This document shows, piece by piece, positions 37,785 to 47,332 of a DNA stretch of 51,335 bases. The stretch's first letter is position 1. The number at the start of each line of letters is the position of its first letter. The notes below the pieces were generated by a model. The model worked only from the letters and a program-made list of their open reading frames with translations, did not search any database and had not been told where the DNA came from. Location: NCBI GenBank assembly GCA_902464115.1, contig CABQIF010000001.1, positions 1 through 51,335 on the forward strand. The letters run 5' to 3'. The position numbers were made by a program, and so were the translations under genes. This DNA comes from an uncultured Ruminococcus sp. Its GTDB lineage: Bacteria > Bacillota > Clostridia > Oscillospirales > Ruminococcaceae.

Positions 37785-39071
37785 ATGGCAGAAACAAAAA
37801 TTGAACGCATTTCCTGCTCGCAGATCGGCGAACAGTACACCCACATTCAACACAAGAGTGGTCTTTCTATTTACGTCAGCGAAATGGAGGGATTCAGCAC
37901 CACAGAAGCCCTGTTTGGTACCAAATATGGTTCCATCAACACCCAATTTAAGACCAAGCAAGAAACGGATTTCTGCTGTGTGCCGGAAGGCATCGCCCAC
38001 TATCTGGAACACAAGCTGTTTGAAAATGAAGATTGCGACGTGTTTGACCTCTATGCAAAGACTGGGGCAAATGCCAACGCTTTCACCTCATTTGACAAGA
38101 CTTGCTATCTGTTCAGCTGCTCTTCCCACTATCAGGAATCGCTTGAAATCCTGCTGTCTTTCGTGCAATCCCCTTACTTCACCAAGGAGAGTGTTCAGAA
38201 AGAACAGGGCATTATTGGGCAGGAAATTCAGATGTGCAACGATGACCCAGGCTGGCGGATCTTCTTCAACACCCTGCAAGGCTTGTTCCACCACCATCCG
38301 GTAAAAATCGACATTGCTGGAACGATTGAAAGCATTGCTCAGATTACGCCGGAACTGCTGTACCGCTGCTATCATACCTTCTACAACCTGCACAACATGG
38401 TGTTGTCGGTTGCCGGAAACTGCAAGGTAGATGAAGTGGTGGCTCTGGCAGACAAGTTGCTAAAACCATGCGAAGATATGCAGTTAGAATGCATCTTCCC
38501 AGAAGAACCGATGGAAATTGTACGGGCAGAAACTGTAGAAACTGCACCGATTGGCACAACCATGTTTGTACTGGGTTATAAGTGCAAGCCGGAATCTGGT
38601 CTGAAAAATCTCAAGAAGGAACTGCTGGCAACACTTGCTCTGAAAGTTTTAACACACGTCACATCCCCGCTGTATCAGGGCATGTTAAAAGATGGTTTAA
38701 TCAATGAAACTTTCTCGACTGAGATTTTCAACGGCGATGATTTCTTTGTTGCCATGCTGGAGGGCGAATCCAAAGACCCACACGCTGTACGGGAACGGAT
38801 TTTTGCAGCAGTCGAAGACGCTGCAAAGAACGGCTTAGACGAAACCCTCTTTGAAAACAGCCGAAAGAATGCCTATGGCAGCCTGATTATGAAGTTCAAC
38901 AATGTAGAAGCCGTTGCCAACCTGATGATCAACTCCGCTATGAGTGGCATTGCACCGTTCGACACAGTTACAATGCTCTCCAGCCTGACGATTGAAGAGG
39001 CAAATTGTTGGTTGCGGGAAGAACTGCTGCCGCAGCAGGCAACGCTCTCCATTATGAAAAATCAGGATTAA
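37785..39071 (+). CDS. M16 family zinc peptidase (YmfH-like)
   Basis: GIAHYLEHKLFE, ANAFTSF and KEQGIIGQEI motifs. Confidence 0.92.
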   Translation: MAETKIERISCSQIGEQYTHIQHKSGLSIYVSEMEGFSTTEALFGTKYGSINTQFKTKQETDFCCVPEGIAHYLEHKLFENEDCDVFDLYAKTGANANAFTSFDKTCYLFSCSSHYQESLEILLSFVQSPYFTKESVQKEQGIIGQEIQMCNDDPGWRIFFNTLQGLFHHHPVKIDIAGTIESIAQITPELLYRCYHTFYNLHNMVLSVAGNCKVDEVVALADKLLKPCEDMQLECIFPEEPMEIVRAETVETAPIGTTMFVLGYKCKPESGLKNLKKELLATLALKVLTHVTSPLYQGMLKDGLINETFSTEIFNGDDFFVAMLEGESKDPHAVRERIFAAVEDAAKNGLDETLFENSRKNAYGSLIMKFNNVEAVANLMINSAMSGIAPFDTVTMLSSLTIEEANCWLREELLPQQATLSIMKNQD

Positions 39072-39115
39072 ACAGAAAGGAGCGGGATTCCGCTCCGGAA
39101 TCCCGAATCAAAACG

Positions 39116-40177
39116 ATGTTAGAGCAAAACGAAATTCAATTCCCACATCTCGGAATTGACCTACACGTTGACAGCACCGCCTTTCAAATCTTTGGAATTG
39201 ATATCCAGTGGTATGGCTTATTGATTACCTGCGGTCTGCTGCTGGCAATGATTTATGCGTTCCACAATATGCGTTCCTACGGCATTCACCCTGACCGTGC
39301 TATTGATGCCATCATCGGTGGCATCATCGGGGCGATTGTTGGAGCAAGAGCCTATTATGTCATCTTAGAATGGGACAACTACGCTGGCGACTGGAAACGA
39401 ATTTTCAACCTGCGACAAGGTGGGCTTGCCATCTATGGTGGACTGATTGGGGCGTTAGTCGTTGGATGTATCATTGCAAAAATCCGAAAAGTACGGCTGC
39501 TGCCGCTGTTAGACCTCTGTGGAGCTGGGTTTCTGCTGGGGCAAGGAATCGGACGTTGGGGAAACTTCTTCAATCAAGAAGCATTCGGCTGCAACACAAA
39601 CTCGATTTTCGGCATGACTGGCGGAACGATTCAGAATTGGATTACCAATGTCTATCCCACAACCATCTTTTATCAGAACTTCGGGAAGACCATGGACGCT
39701 GCAACACCAGTACATCCATGTTTCTTATATGAATCGTTCTGGTGCTTGCTGGGGTTTGTCGTACTTGCCATCTGCGGAAAAAAATTCCGGAAGTTTGACG
39801 GGCAAATTTTCCTGATGTACATTGGTTGGTATGGTTTAGGGCGGTTCTTCATTGAGGGGCTGCGAGTAGATAGTTTGGTGATTGGAAACATGCGAATTTC
39901 ACAGCTGATTGCTGGAATTTGCGTGGTAGTGTCTGTGATTCTGCTGCTGATAATCGGCGGACGGGTTCGCCGGATGGGCTCGGACTATCAGCTTTACTGC
40001 AACACAGAAGCCTGCAAACAGATGATGGCGGAACTGGATGCCAAACGAGAAGCATCCGGCAAAAAAGCTGCTGCCTCGGTGGTGTTGGATTCTGCAAAAG
40101 AACCAGAGGACGAAACTTCTGAACCGGAAGAAACTTCCGAAGCAAAAACAGATGCTCCAGAAGAAAATGATAAATGA
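39116..40177 (+). CDS. lgt: prolipoprotein diacylglyceryl transferase
   Basis: WYG, GARAYYV, GGLAIYGG, GRWGNFFNQE, HPxFLYES and RFFIEGLR motifs. Confidence 0.95.
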   Translation: MLEQNEIQFPHLGIDLHVDSTAFQIFGIDIQWYGLLITCGLLLAMIYAFHNMRSYGIHPDRAIDAIIGGIIGAIVGARAYYVILEWDNYAGDWKRIFNLRQGGLAIYGGLIGALVVGCIIAKIRKVRLLPLLDLCGAGFLLGQGIGRWGNFFNQEAFGCNTNSIFGMTGGTIQNWITNVYPTTIFYQNFGKTMDAATPVHPCFLYESFWCLLGFVVLAICGKKFRKFDGQIFLMYIGWYGLGRFFIEGLRVDSLVIGNMRISQLIAGICVVVSVILLLIIGGRVRRMGSDYQLYCNTEACKQMMAELDAKREASGKKAAASVVLDSAKEPEDETSEPEETSEAKTDAPEENDK

Positions 40178-40208
40178 TGAATGAGAGAGGATAGGAGGAC
40201 GTTTCATC

Positions 40209-41066
40209 ATGGCGAAATTGATTAGTGGAAAAATCGTATCGGTAAAGGTACGAAACGAGGTCAAAAAGGAAACCGAAGAACTGCGGGAAAATCATGGTAT
40301 CGTGCCGGGGCTGGCAGTTATTCTGGTGGGCAACGACCCAGCATCTCAAGTTTATGTTCGTAACAAGCAGCGTGCCTGCGAGGAAGTCGGATTTCATCCG
40401 TACGAATACCGCATGAATGAAAATGCAACGCAGGAACAGTTGCTGGATTTGATTGGTGTTTTGAACAAAGATAACAAGGTCAATGGCATTCTGGTACAGC
40501 TGCCATTGCCGGAACATATTGATGAACAGGCTGTGATTCATGCCATTTCTCCGCTGAAAGATGTTGATGCATTCCATCCGGTGAATGTTGGAAAGATTAT
40601 GATTGGTGACTATGATTTCCTGCCGTGTACGCCTGCTGGTATCATGGAACTGATTGCAAGCACAGGTGTTGACATCAGCGGTAAGCAATGCGTTGTCATC
40701 GGCAGAAGCAACATCGTTGGAAAACCAATGGCAATGCTGCTGCTGCAAAAGAATGGAACGGTTACCATCTGCCATTCTCGCACGAAGAATCTGAAAGAAC
40801 TGGCAGCCAGTGCAGATATTCTGGTAGTTGCCATCGGCAAGCCGAAGTTTGTCACTGCGGACATGGTGAAAGAAGGGGCAATTGTCATTGATGTTGGCAT
40901 CAATCGCATGGATGATGGAAAGCTCTGCGGCGATGTGGACTTTGATTCGGTAGAGCCAAAGGCTGGATACATCACACCCGTTCCGGGCGGTGTTGGCCCT
41001 ATGACCATTGCAATGCTAATGAAAAACACCCTGCATGCTGCAAAGTTACAGCACAACTTAGCATAA
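40209..41066 (+). CDS. folD: bifunctional methylenetetrahydrofolate dehydrogenase/cyclohydrolase
   Basis: YVRNK, GILVQLPLP, KDVD, PCTP, GRSNIVGKP and TPVPGGVGPMT motifs. Confidence 0.98.
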   Translation: MAKLISGKIVSVKVRNEVKKETEELRENHGIVPGLAVILVGNDPASQVYVRNKQRACEEVGFHPYEYRMNENATQEQLLDLIGVLNKDNKVNGILVQLPLPEHIDEQAVIHAISPLKDVDAFHPVNVGKIMIGDYDFLPCTPAGIMELIASTGVDISGKQCVVIGRSNIVGKPMAMLLLQKNGTVTICHSRTKNLKELAASADILVVAIGKPKFVTADMVKEGAIVIDVGINRMDDGKLCGDVDFDSVEPKAGYITPVPGGVGPMTIAMLMKNTLHAAKLQHNLA

Positions 41067-41085
41067 GGCATACAAACAATCACAT

Positions 41086-41189
41086 AAAAAATAGGCAGTC
41101 GGGAAATATTTCCCAGCTGCCTATTTTTATGCAGAAGACTCGCTTCCAAACAAAAGAAAAAGCACTGCGGAAAATCCACAGTGCTTTTT
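41086..41189. terminator. two adjacent terminators (folD and the sugar ABC operon)
   Basis: AAAAATAGGCAG...CTGCCTATTTTT (41086-41128) and AAAAAGCACTG...CAGTGCTTTTT (41157-41189). Confidence 0.85.
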
Positions 41190-41213
41190 GTTGTGCTACA
41201 TAGAAATGTTTGA

Positions 41214-42089
41214 TTATTCCTTTACACCGCCGAGGGCAACGCCACCAACGATGAACCGAGACAAGCAAACATAAATGACGATAATCGGAATAACAGACAA
41301 TGCAACTGCTGCGTACTGTGCGCCAAGGTCGATCTTCTTATCCTGACCCAGTACCTTCTGTACCATCATCGGCATGGTGATCATCTTGTCATTCGAGATC
41401 AAGATCATGTTCTGTGTATAGTAGTTGTTCCAGTTCTGTACAAATGCAAAGATTGCCTGTACTGCAATTGCCGGCTTCATCATCGGAATTGCAATGGAAA
41501 TAAAGGTTCTGAATTCGCTGCATCCATCGATTCTAGCGGCTTCTACGATGTCCAACGGGAAGGAGGACTTCATATATTGACGCATATAGAATACGATTGC
41601 CGGAGCGGCAATTGCCGGAACAATCAGCGGAATGAAGGAGTCTGCCAAGCCCAGTGTACCAACCATGAACTGTACGAAACCGGTAGAAGTTACCTGAATC
41701 GGAATCATCATAACGGCAAGAATGAGCGTGTAAGCACCATCACGAACCTTGAACTGATAAACGGTCAAACCGTATGCAGTCATTGCGGAGAAGAATACTG
41801 TCAGAATGGTAGAACCAGCTGCGATAATCAAGCTGTTCCGATAACCACGCAACAAATCCCATTGCGGAGACTGTGTTGTGATATTCTTCATGTTTTCAAC
41901 AAAGTTGCTGCCCGGAATCAAAGATACCGGCGACTGCAGGATGGCATTATGACCACGGCAAGCATTTACAATCATCAAGTACAGCGGCACTAAGCAAACC
42001 AATGTCAACAGAATGCAAACGATGAAGCATCCAGCGGACTTTAAGTTCTGTACCAGTCTGTAATTATCCTTTACACCAACTTGTTCCAT
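41214..42089 (-). CDS. carbohydrate ABC transporter permease (MalG type)
   Basis: EAARIDGCS EAA loop, WNNY, GGVKE C-terminus. Confidence 0.94.
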   Translation of the reverse strand: MEQVGVKDNYRLVQNLKSAGCFIVCILLTLVCLVPLYLMIVNACRGHNAILQSPVSLIPGSNFVENMKNITTQSPQWDLLRGYRNSLIIAAGSTILTVFFSAMTAYGLTVYQFKVRDGAYTLILAVMMIPIQVTSTGFVQFMVGTLGLADSFIPLIVPAIAAPAIVFYMRQYMKSSFPLDIVEAARIDGCSEFRTFISIAIPMMKPAIAVQAIFAFVQNWNNYYTQNMILISNDKMITMPMMVQKVLGQDKKIDLGAQYAAVALSVIPIIVIYVCLSRFIVGGVALGGVKE

Positions 42090-43114
42090 TAGTCCATGCC
42101 TCCCATCTTTGCCAGCTTCTGTTCCCGCTTATAAGCCTTAATGAGTTCCTTCCGTTCCTTCTTCTTCCGAGCTTCGTCAGCATCCCGGTTCATCCGGAAT
42201 ACGATAATACCCAGAATTGCAGTGATGATAAAGAGGATGATGGAAGCCGCACCGGCATAACCATACTGTACCTTATCTTCACTGGTACGGAAGTTCTTAT
42301 ATACGAATACAGCAGCTGTTTCCAGATACTTGTTGATGGTTTCCTTCTTGGTATGGAACAAGAACGGAATATCGAACATCTGCAAACCACCGATCATGGA
42401 AGTGATCAAGGTGTAAACAACCATCGGACGCAGCAGCGGCAGGGTTACCTTGCGGAGTACCTGACCACTTGTTGCACCGTCGATTGCAGCAGCTTCAAAC
42501 AGAGACGGGTTAATACCCAGAATACCAGACATCATCATGATCATGGTATTACCGAACCACAACCAGGTCTGAATAAACATGACGATCGCTCGTGACCATG
42601 CCGCACTGTCTTCAAACATGAAGGCATCTTTTCCGGCGGATGTCAGCAAGCCGTTTACCAAACACATGTTGGAGTTGGAGAAGAAACGCATGAACAATGC
42701 TGCAACAGATACAGCAGTGATGATATTCGGCAGGTACATAACAACTTTAAAGAAACCCTGACCCGGAATGTGCAGCTTGGAATCTGTGAACCAAACAGCG
42801 AGCAACAGGGACAGGAGAATCTGCGGGATGAAGTTACCAACCCAAAGAATCAAAGTGTTACCAAAGTCACGGGCAAATTCTGCATGAATCCGACGGGCGG
42901 AACGGTCATCGCCACCGAACAGCAATGTCTGGAAATTCTGCAGACCAACGAAAGTATCCCCTTCGGAACCATTTCCGTATACACTCAAGATAAAGGTGTT
43001 GATCAGTGGCCAGATCTGAAAGAAAGCGTATACAAGGAAAAATGGTGCAATGAATAAATATCCATACTTGGCGTAGCTGATTGATTTAATTCTTCTTTGT
43101 GCAGCTGATGCCAT
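42089..43114 (-). CDS. carbohydrate ABC transporter permease (MalF type)
   Basis: YLFIAPF, FVGLQNF, EAAAIDGA, TLPLLRP and GGLQMFD motifs. Confidence 0.94.
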   Translation of the reverse strand: MASAAQRRIKSISYAKYGYLFIAPFFLVYAFFQIWPLINTFILSVYGNGSEGDTFVGLQNFQTLLFGGDDRSARRIHAEFARDFGNTLILWVGNFIPQILLSLLLAVWFTDSKLHIPGQGFFKVVMYLPNIITAVSVAALFMRFFSNSNMCLVNGLLTSAGKDAFMFEDSAAWSRAIVMFIQTWLWFGNTMIMMMSGILGINPSLFEAAAIDGATSGQVLRKVTLPLLRPMVVYTLITSMIGGLQMFDIPFLFHTKKETINKYLETAAVFVYKNFRTSEDKVQYGYAGAASIILFIITAILGIIVFRMNRDADEARKKKERKELIKAYKREQKLAKMGGMD

Positions 43115-43186
43115 AAAACACACCCTCTCAAAAATTAAGTAAAATAGTAAGAATAGATAATCGTAAAGAGATAATGACAAATATAT

Positions 43187-43214
43187 GCCTACGGGATAGA
43201 ACTATCCCGTAGGC
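43187..43214 (-). other. intra-operonic stem-loop after the solute-binding protein gene
   Basis: perfect GCCTACGGGATA-GAAC-TATCCCGTAGGC. Confidence 0.75.
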
Positions 43215-43250
43215 GATTATATTTGATCGTGTCAAATTTGGCTATTCAGC

Positions 43251-44759
43251 TTATTCAACAGTGATGTCAGAGATAGCAGATGCTACAGTGTCGAGGAATT
43301 CGTCGTAGCAAGCCTGTTCGTCTGCCAGATCACCCTTGCAGTAAGCAGTTACAGCATCCTGCAGCTTGGTGTTGATAGTACCGTCATACTGAGTTGCGAT
43401 ACCGTCGAGGTTGATTGCATCAGCAGAATCGTACAGAACAGAGAACTGATCCTGACCATCCTTGAACAGAGCATTGCTGTTCTTGCCGCCGTCTACAACT
43501 TCCTTCATAACAGACTTGTTGTTAACGAAGTCGCTGTGGCTTTCGCAATATTCCTTCATGGTAGCGTCATCAACAGTCATAGCCTTGATGAACTGACCAG
43601 CGAAGGTACCATTGTCGCAGTTCGGGCTTACGCAGATCCAAGAACCGCCCCAGAACCAGCCGGTCGGGCCTTCTGTGATTGCATACTTACCATATGTAGA
43701 ACCGCCTTCGCCGCCTTCAGCAGATTCCAGCTGACCGCCAGCTGCCAGAGACCAAGACGGGAAGAAGTAACCCATGGTAGCGTCAGCCATTGCACCGTCA
43801 GACTGACCAATTGCATACCAGTCATCTGTCCACTGATCTACAGTGCCGATGTAACCAGCATCATAGTTGGTCTTAGCCATGTTGATGAAATCACCCAGGC
43901 AAGCCTTTGCGTTGTCAGCAGTGATCTTACCATCCTGAACCCATGCAGTGCTTCTGTTACCAGCGGAGTAAGCTCTCCAAACGCCGCCCAGGGTATCAGC
44001 CATAGCAGTCTTGTTGCCAGATGCATCGTATACTTCCTTAGCAGTTGCCCAGAATGTATCCCAGTCAGCTACCTTAGCCTGCATTTCTTCCGGAGAAGTT
44101 ACGCCCAGATACTGTTCAGCCAGGTCGGTTCTGTAGCAGTAACCACCTGCTGCTGCCTGCCAAGAAGCGCCCTTCAGAACGCCGTTCTGATCGGTACCCA
44201 TTGCTACGGTGTAGCTGTAAGCATCGCTGTACATATCAGCAGTGATACCAACGCTTTCCAGCGGAGCAGAGTTGTCATCGTTGTTTTCATAAGACAGAAC
44301 CCAGTCTGCATCGCAGATGTACAGGTCAACGTCAGAACCAGAAGAGAAGTATGTCAGATACTGTTCCATAGCTTCTGTACCGGAAGAACCTACGTTCTGA
44401 TACTTGATCTTGCCAGCCATATCCGGATATGCCTTTTCAACAACCGGAATCATAGCGTTCAGGTCAGTGTCAGTCCAGCACAGAACGGTCAGTGCATCAC
44501 CGGTGTCCGGCATAGAAACTGCACCCAGTTCCGTGCTTGCAGTTGCATCGCTGTCAGAAGATTCTTCGCTGGATTCTTCAGCAGCAGATGTTTCTTCGCT
44601 GGATTCTTCAGCGGCAGATGTTTCTTCGCTGGACTCTTCAGCTACAGTAGTAGCAGCAGAGCTGGAAGAAGAATCCTTGTCGTCGCCGCAGCCTACGAAT
44701 GCAGTTGCAGTCATAGCCAGAGCAGCCAGCAATGCCAAAGTTCTTGTTAATTTGTTCAT
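43251..44759 (-). CDS. carbohydrate ABC transporter solute-binding lipoprotein
   Basis: FVGC lipobox, S/E-rich linker, YRTDLA and WGGSW motifs; AAGGAGG SD; leads two sugar permeases. Confidence 0.92.
   Translation of the reverse strand: MNKLTRTLALLAALAMTATAFVGCGDDKDSSSSSAATTVAEESSEETSAAEESSEETSAAEESSEESSDSDATASTELGAVSMPDTGDALTVLCWTDTDLNAMIPVVEKAYPDMAGKIKYQNVGSSGTEAMEQYLTYFSSGSDVDLYICDADWVLSYENNDDNSAPLESVGITADMYSDAYSYTVAMGTDQNGVLKGASWQAAAGGYCYRTDLAEQYLGVTSPEEMQAKVADWDTFWATAKEVYDASGNKTAMADTLGGVWRAYSAGNRSTAWVQDGKITADNAKACLGDFINMAKTNYDAGYIGTVDQWTDDWYAIGQSDGAMADATMGYFFPSWSLAAGGQLESAEGGEGGSTYGKYAITEGPTGWFWGGSWICVSPNCDNGTFAGQFIKAMTVDDATMKEYCESHSDFVNNKSVMKEVVDGGKNSNALFKDGQDQFSVLYDSADAINLDGIATQYDGTINTKLQDAVTAYCKGDLADEQACYDEFLDTVASAISDITVE
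44562..44642. repeat. 30-bp tandem repeat (about 2.7 copies) encoding AEESSEETSA
   Basis: unit TTCTTCGCTGGATTCTTCAGCRGCAGATGT. Confidence 0.9.
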
Positions 44760-44882
44760 TGGAAATTTCCTCCTTAAATATATTACCTTGTTCCGAACAA
44801 CCAGAACAAGATAAGCAGCAAGGGTCATTTACCGCCTGTCCCCCATGGCAAGGCGTGCATAAAAGCCCCTTTTGATACACTA

Positions 44883-44911
44883 AATATACAACAATTTTCG
44901 GGGATTGTCAA
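44883..44911 (-). promoter_or_regulatory. sigma-A promoter for the sugar ABC operon
   Basis: TTGACA-17 nt-TATATT. Confidence 0.7.
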
Positions 44912-45064
44912 TGATAAAAACCATTCTTTCATTTTTTTTAGGGATTTCAAACAAATAAATGTCCACTTTTTTGTATGAGTTCCACAAAAAAATAGGGTCG
45001 TTTTCAGAAAAGGTTACAAAACGGTTAAATCATATTTGTGCAGGTTTTTGAGAATCCTCCCATT

Positions 45065-45925
45065 TTAAGCAAAACTTACATACAAATAGTCCCGAATCGA
45101 AAGAAAAAGCCGGTCTGTCATGCCGTCTGCATAGAGCAGTTCATAAATATTCTGAAAATACTGAATCTGTGTCCGCAGCCGAACAATGGCTTCTGCCTGT
45201 TCCGGTGTGATGTTCGGCAGCTTTTGAAAATCCTCTGCCGTGGCGGTGTTGATGTCCAGATGTGGAATGGATTCTGAATCCGATGCCGTTTCCTCCTCTG
45301 GAATCGTCGGTTCTGATGATTCTGATGGCTCTGCGTCTGGTTCGGGTGAAATCGTTTGCAGTTCTCCTATTATAAATAGGTATGGGGCAATTTGGGAATA
45401 GATTCCACTTCCGATTCCATTGACTTGCTGTAACTCCTCCAACGTCTGAAATCCGCCGACCGCCTCCCGATAAGAAACAATCCGCTCCGCTAAAATTGCA
45501 CCAACACCCGGCAGCGTTTCCAGTTCTTCCACTGTTGCCGCATTCAAATCCAGCGGATAAGAAATCTCCGACTCGGCTTCTTCCGGTAACACCAATTCCG
45601 CTGCATCCTGCTGTGCTGGTTCTGTCTGTTTTGCTGGAGTTGTTGTAGAACCTGCTGATTTTGTGGTTGTTTCTGCTTTTGTAGGCTTGTCCCAGTCAAA
45701 AACAGGCTGTCGATTTGCATTTTCAGAATCCGCTTCTGTTTCCAGCGGTTCAGTTTGCGGTTCGGATTCTGCTGACTCCTCCGAAGCAGTTGTAACCCAT
45801 GTAATCGCCGGAATGGTGTCCTGCTCGGCGAAGCTCTGCACAGCTAAAACGACCACCGCCGTTCCCATCATTGCCAAACCCAGCAACGGTTTCCAAAGTT
45901 GTTTTCGTTTCATTTTCATGCCCAT
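45065..45925 (-). CDS. comEA: ComEA-like helix-hairpin-helix DNA-binding protein
   Basis: N-terminal TM/signal; LDLNAATVEELETLPGVG..LAERI..F..LEEL..VNGIG; second LDINTAT unit; start uncertain (45925, 45919 or 45913). Confidence 0.8.
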   Translation of the reverse strand: MGMKMKRKQLWKPLLGLAMMGTAVVVLAVQSFAEQDTIPAITWVTTASEESAESEPQTEPLETEADSENANRQPVFDWDKPTKAETTTKSAGSTTTPAKQTEPAQQDAAELVLPEEAESEISYPLDLNAATVEELETLPGVGAILAERIVSYREAVGGFQTLEELQQVNGIGSGIYSQIAPYLFIIGELQTISPEPDAEPSESSEPTIPEEETASDSESIPHLDINTATAEDFQKLPNITPEQAEAIVRLRTQIQYFQNIYELLYADGMTDRLFLSIRDYLYVSFA

Positions 45926-45929
45926 TTAC

Positions 45930-45964
45930 AAAAAGGGGAAAGACAACGGATGCCGTCTTTCCCC
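45930..45964 (-). terminator. terminator after the malic enzyme gene
   Basis: GGGGAAAGAC...GTCTTTCCCC plus TTTTT on the minus strand. Confidence 0.8.
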
Positions 45965-45986
45965 CCTCGTAGTTTCTATGATTCCG

Positions 45987-47165
45987 TTAGATTCTTGCAA
46001 CGCCGGTGTCTTTTGCAGCCTGTGCAACCGCAACTGCAACTGCCTCTGCAACACCCTTTTCCAATGCACTCGGAATGATATATTCCGGACAAAGCTTTTC
46101 ATCTGTTACGAAGGATGCAATTGCCTTTGCAGCAGCAATCTTCATAGCATCGTTGATTTCCTTTGCGTGTACATCCAGTGCACCACGGAAGATGCCCGGG
46201 AATGCCAGAACGTTGTTAATCTGGTTCGGGAAGTCACTTCTGCCAGTTCCCACGCAATATGCACCAGCTGCCAGAGCATCTTCCGGCATGATTTCCGGTG
46301 TCGGATTTGCCATCGGGAACAGGATCGGCTTTTCAGCCATGCTCTTTATCATTTCCGGTGTTACGCAGTTCGGAGCGGAAACGCCGATGAAAACATCTGC
46401 ACCAACCAGAACATCTGCCAGAGAACCAGCCTTATGACCACTGTTTGTAATCTTTGCCATCTGTTCCTTTTCCTTGTTCAGACCTTCTCTGCCTTCATAG
46501 ATTGCACCCTTCCGGTCGCAGAGAATGACATGATGCGGATCCAGACCCATTGCAATCAGCAGGCGGATGATTGCAATCCCTGCTGCACCAGCACCACTGG
46601 TGACAACCTTGACATCCTTCAAGTTCTTGCCCGTCAGCTTCAGAGCGTTCATCATGGCTGCCAGTGTTACAACAGCAGTACCATGCTGGTCATCGTGGAA
46701 AATCGGAATATCGCAGCATTCCTTGAGCTTTTCTTCAATTTCAAAGCAACGAGGTGCAGAAATATCTTCGAGATTGATGCCGCCGAAGCTGCCAGCGAGC
46801 AGACGAACGGTATTGACAATGTCGTCTACATCCTTGGAGCGAATGCACAGCGGAATCGCATCTACATTACCAAACTTCTTGAACAGGGCACACTTCCCTT
46901 CCATAACCGGCATGCCTGCTTCCGGGCCAATGTCGCCCAGACCCAGAACAGCAGTACCATCGGTTACAACAGCAACGAGGTTGCCTCTTCTGGTCAGCTT
47001 ATAGCTCAGGTCAACATCCTTCTGGATTTCCAGACAAGGCTGTGCAACACCTGGGGTATATGCCAAAGACAAATCGTCTGAGGTTTCCAGCGGTGCACGC
47101 AGTGCAATTTCAAACTTGCCCTGCCAGTCGTAATGCAGCTTCAAAGATTCTTTTGCGTAATCCAT
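45987..47165 (-). CDS. NAD(P)-dependent malic enzyme
   Basis: LSLAYTPGVA, DGTAVLGLG, PVMEGK, INLEDI, FHDDQHGTA, GAGAAG and TGRSDFPNQINN motifs. Confidence 0.97.
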   Translation of the reverse strand: MDYAKESLKLHYDWQGKFEIALRAPLETSDDLSLAYTPGVAQPCLEIQKDVDLSYKLTRRGNLVAVVTDGTAVLGLGDIGPEAGMPVMEGKCALFKKFGNVDAIPLCIRSKDVDDIVNTVRLLAGSFGGINLEDISAPRCFEIEEKLKECCDIPIFHDDQHGTAVVTLAAMMNALKLTGKNLKDVKVVTSGAGAAGIAIIRLLIAMGLDPHHVILCDRKGAIYEGREGLNKEKEQMAKITNSGHKAGSLADVLVGADVFIGVSAPNCVTPEMIKSMAEKPILFPMANPTPEIMPEDALAAGAYCVGTGRSDFPNQINNVLAFPGIFRGALDVHAKEINDAMKIAAAKAIASFVTDEKLCPEYIIPSALEKGVAEAVAVAVAQAAKDTGVARI

Positions 47166-47233
47166 TTTGAAAACTTCCCTTCGTTTTACAAATTACATTT
47201 GATTCCGGAAATAACCGGTTTTCGCCATCGCAC

Positions 47234-47271
47234 AAAATACGGACAGCAGCAAAATTGCCGCTGCCCGTATT
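47234..47271 (-). terminator. stem-loop/terminator between mdh and the malic enzyme gene
   Basis: AATACGGACAGCAGCAA/TTGCCGCTGCCCGTATT inverted repeat (G:U pairs on the minus strand). Confidence 0.65.
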
Positions 47272-47332
47272 CACTCTTTTCAAATTGTTGCGGTTTCACC
47301 CACTGCAATTAGCGTATGAAGAACAGCGTTGA

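Noticed and set aside
43536..44750. 404-aa plus-strand ORF, and similar ones at 12862-13704, 24917-25777 and 39849-40775
   Set aside because: Antisense shadows of codon-biased real genes.
44856..44869. Exact 14-nt inverted match to 4677-4690 (TGCATAAAAGCCCC)
   Set aside because: Several 14-mer matches are expected by chance in 51 kb, and the spacing to a -10-like element is not preserved.
45663..47081. 472-aa plus-strand ORF
   Set aside because: Antisense shadow of the malic enzyme gene; no SD or recognisable motifs.
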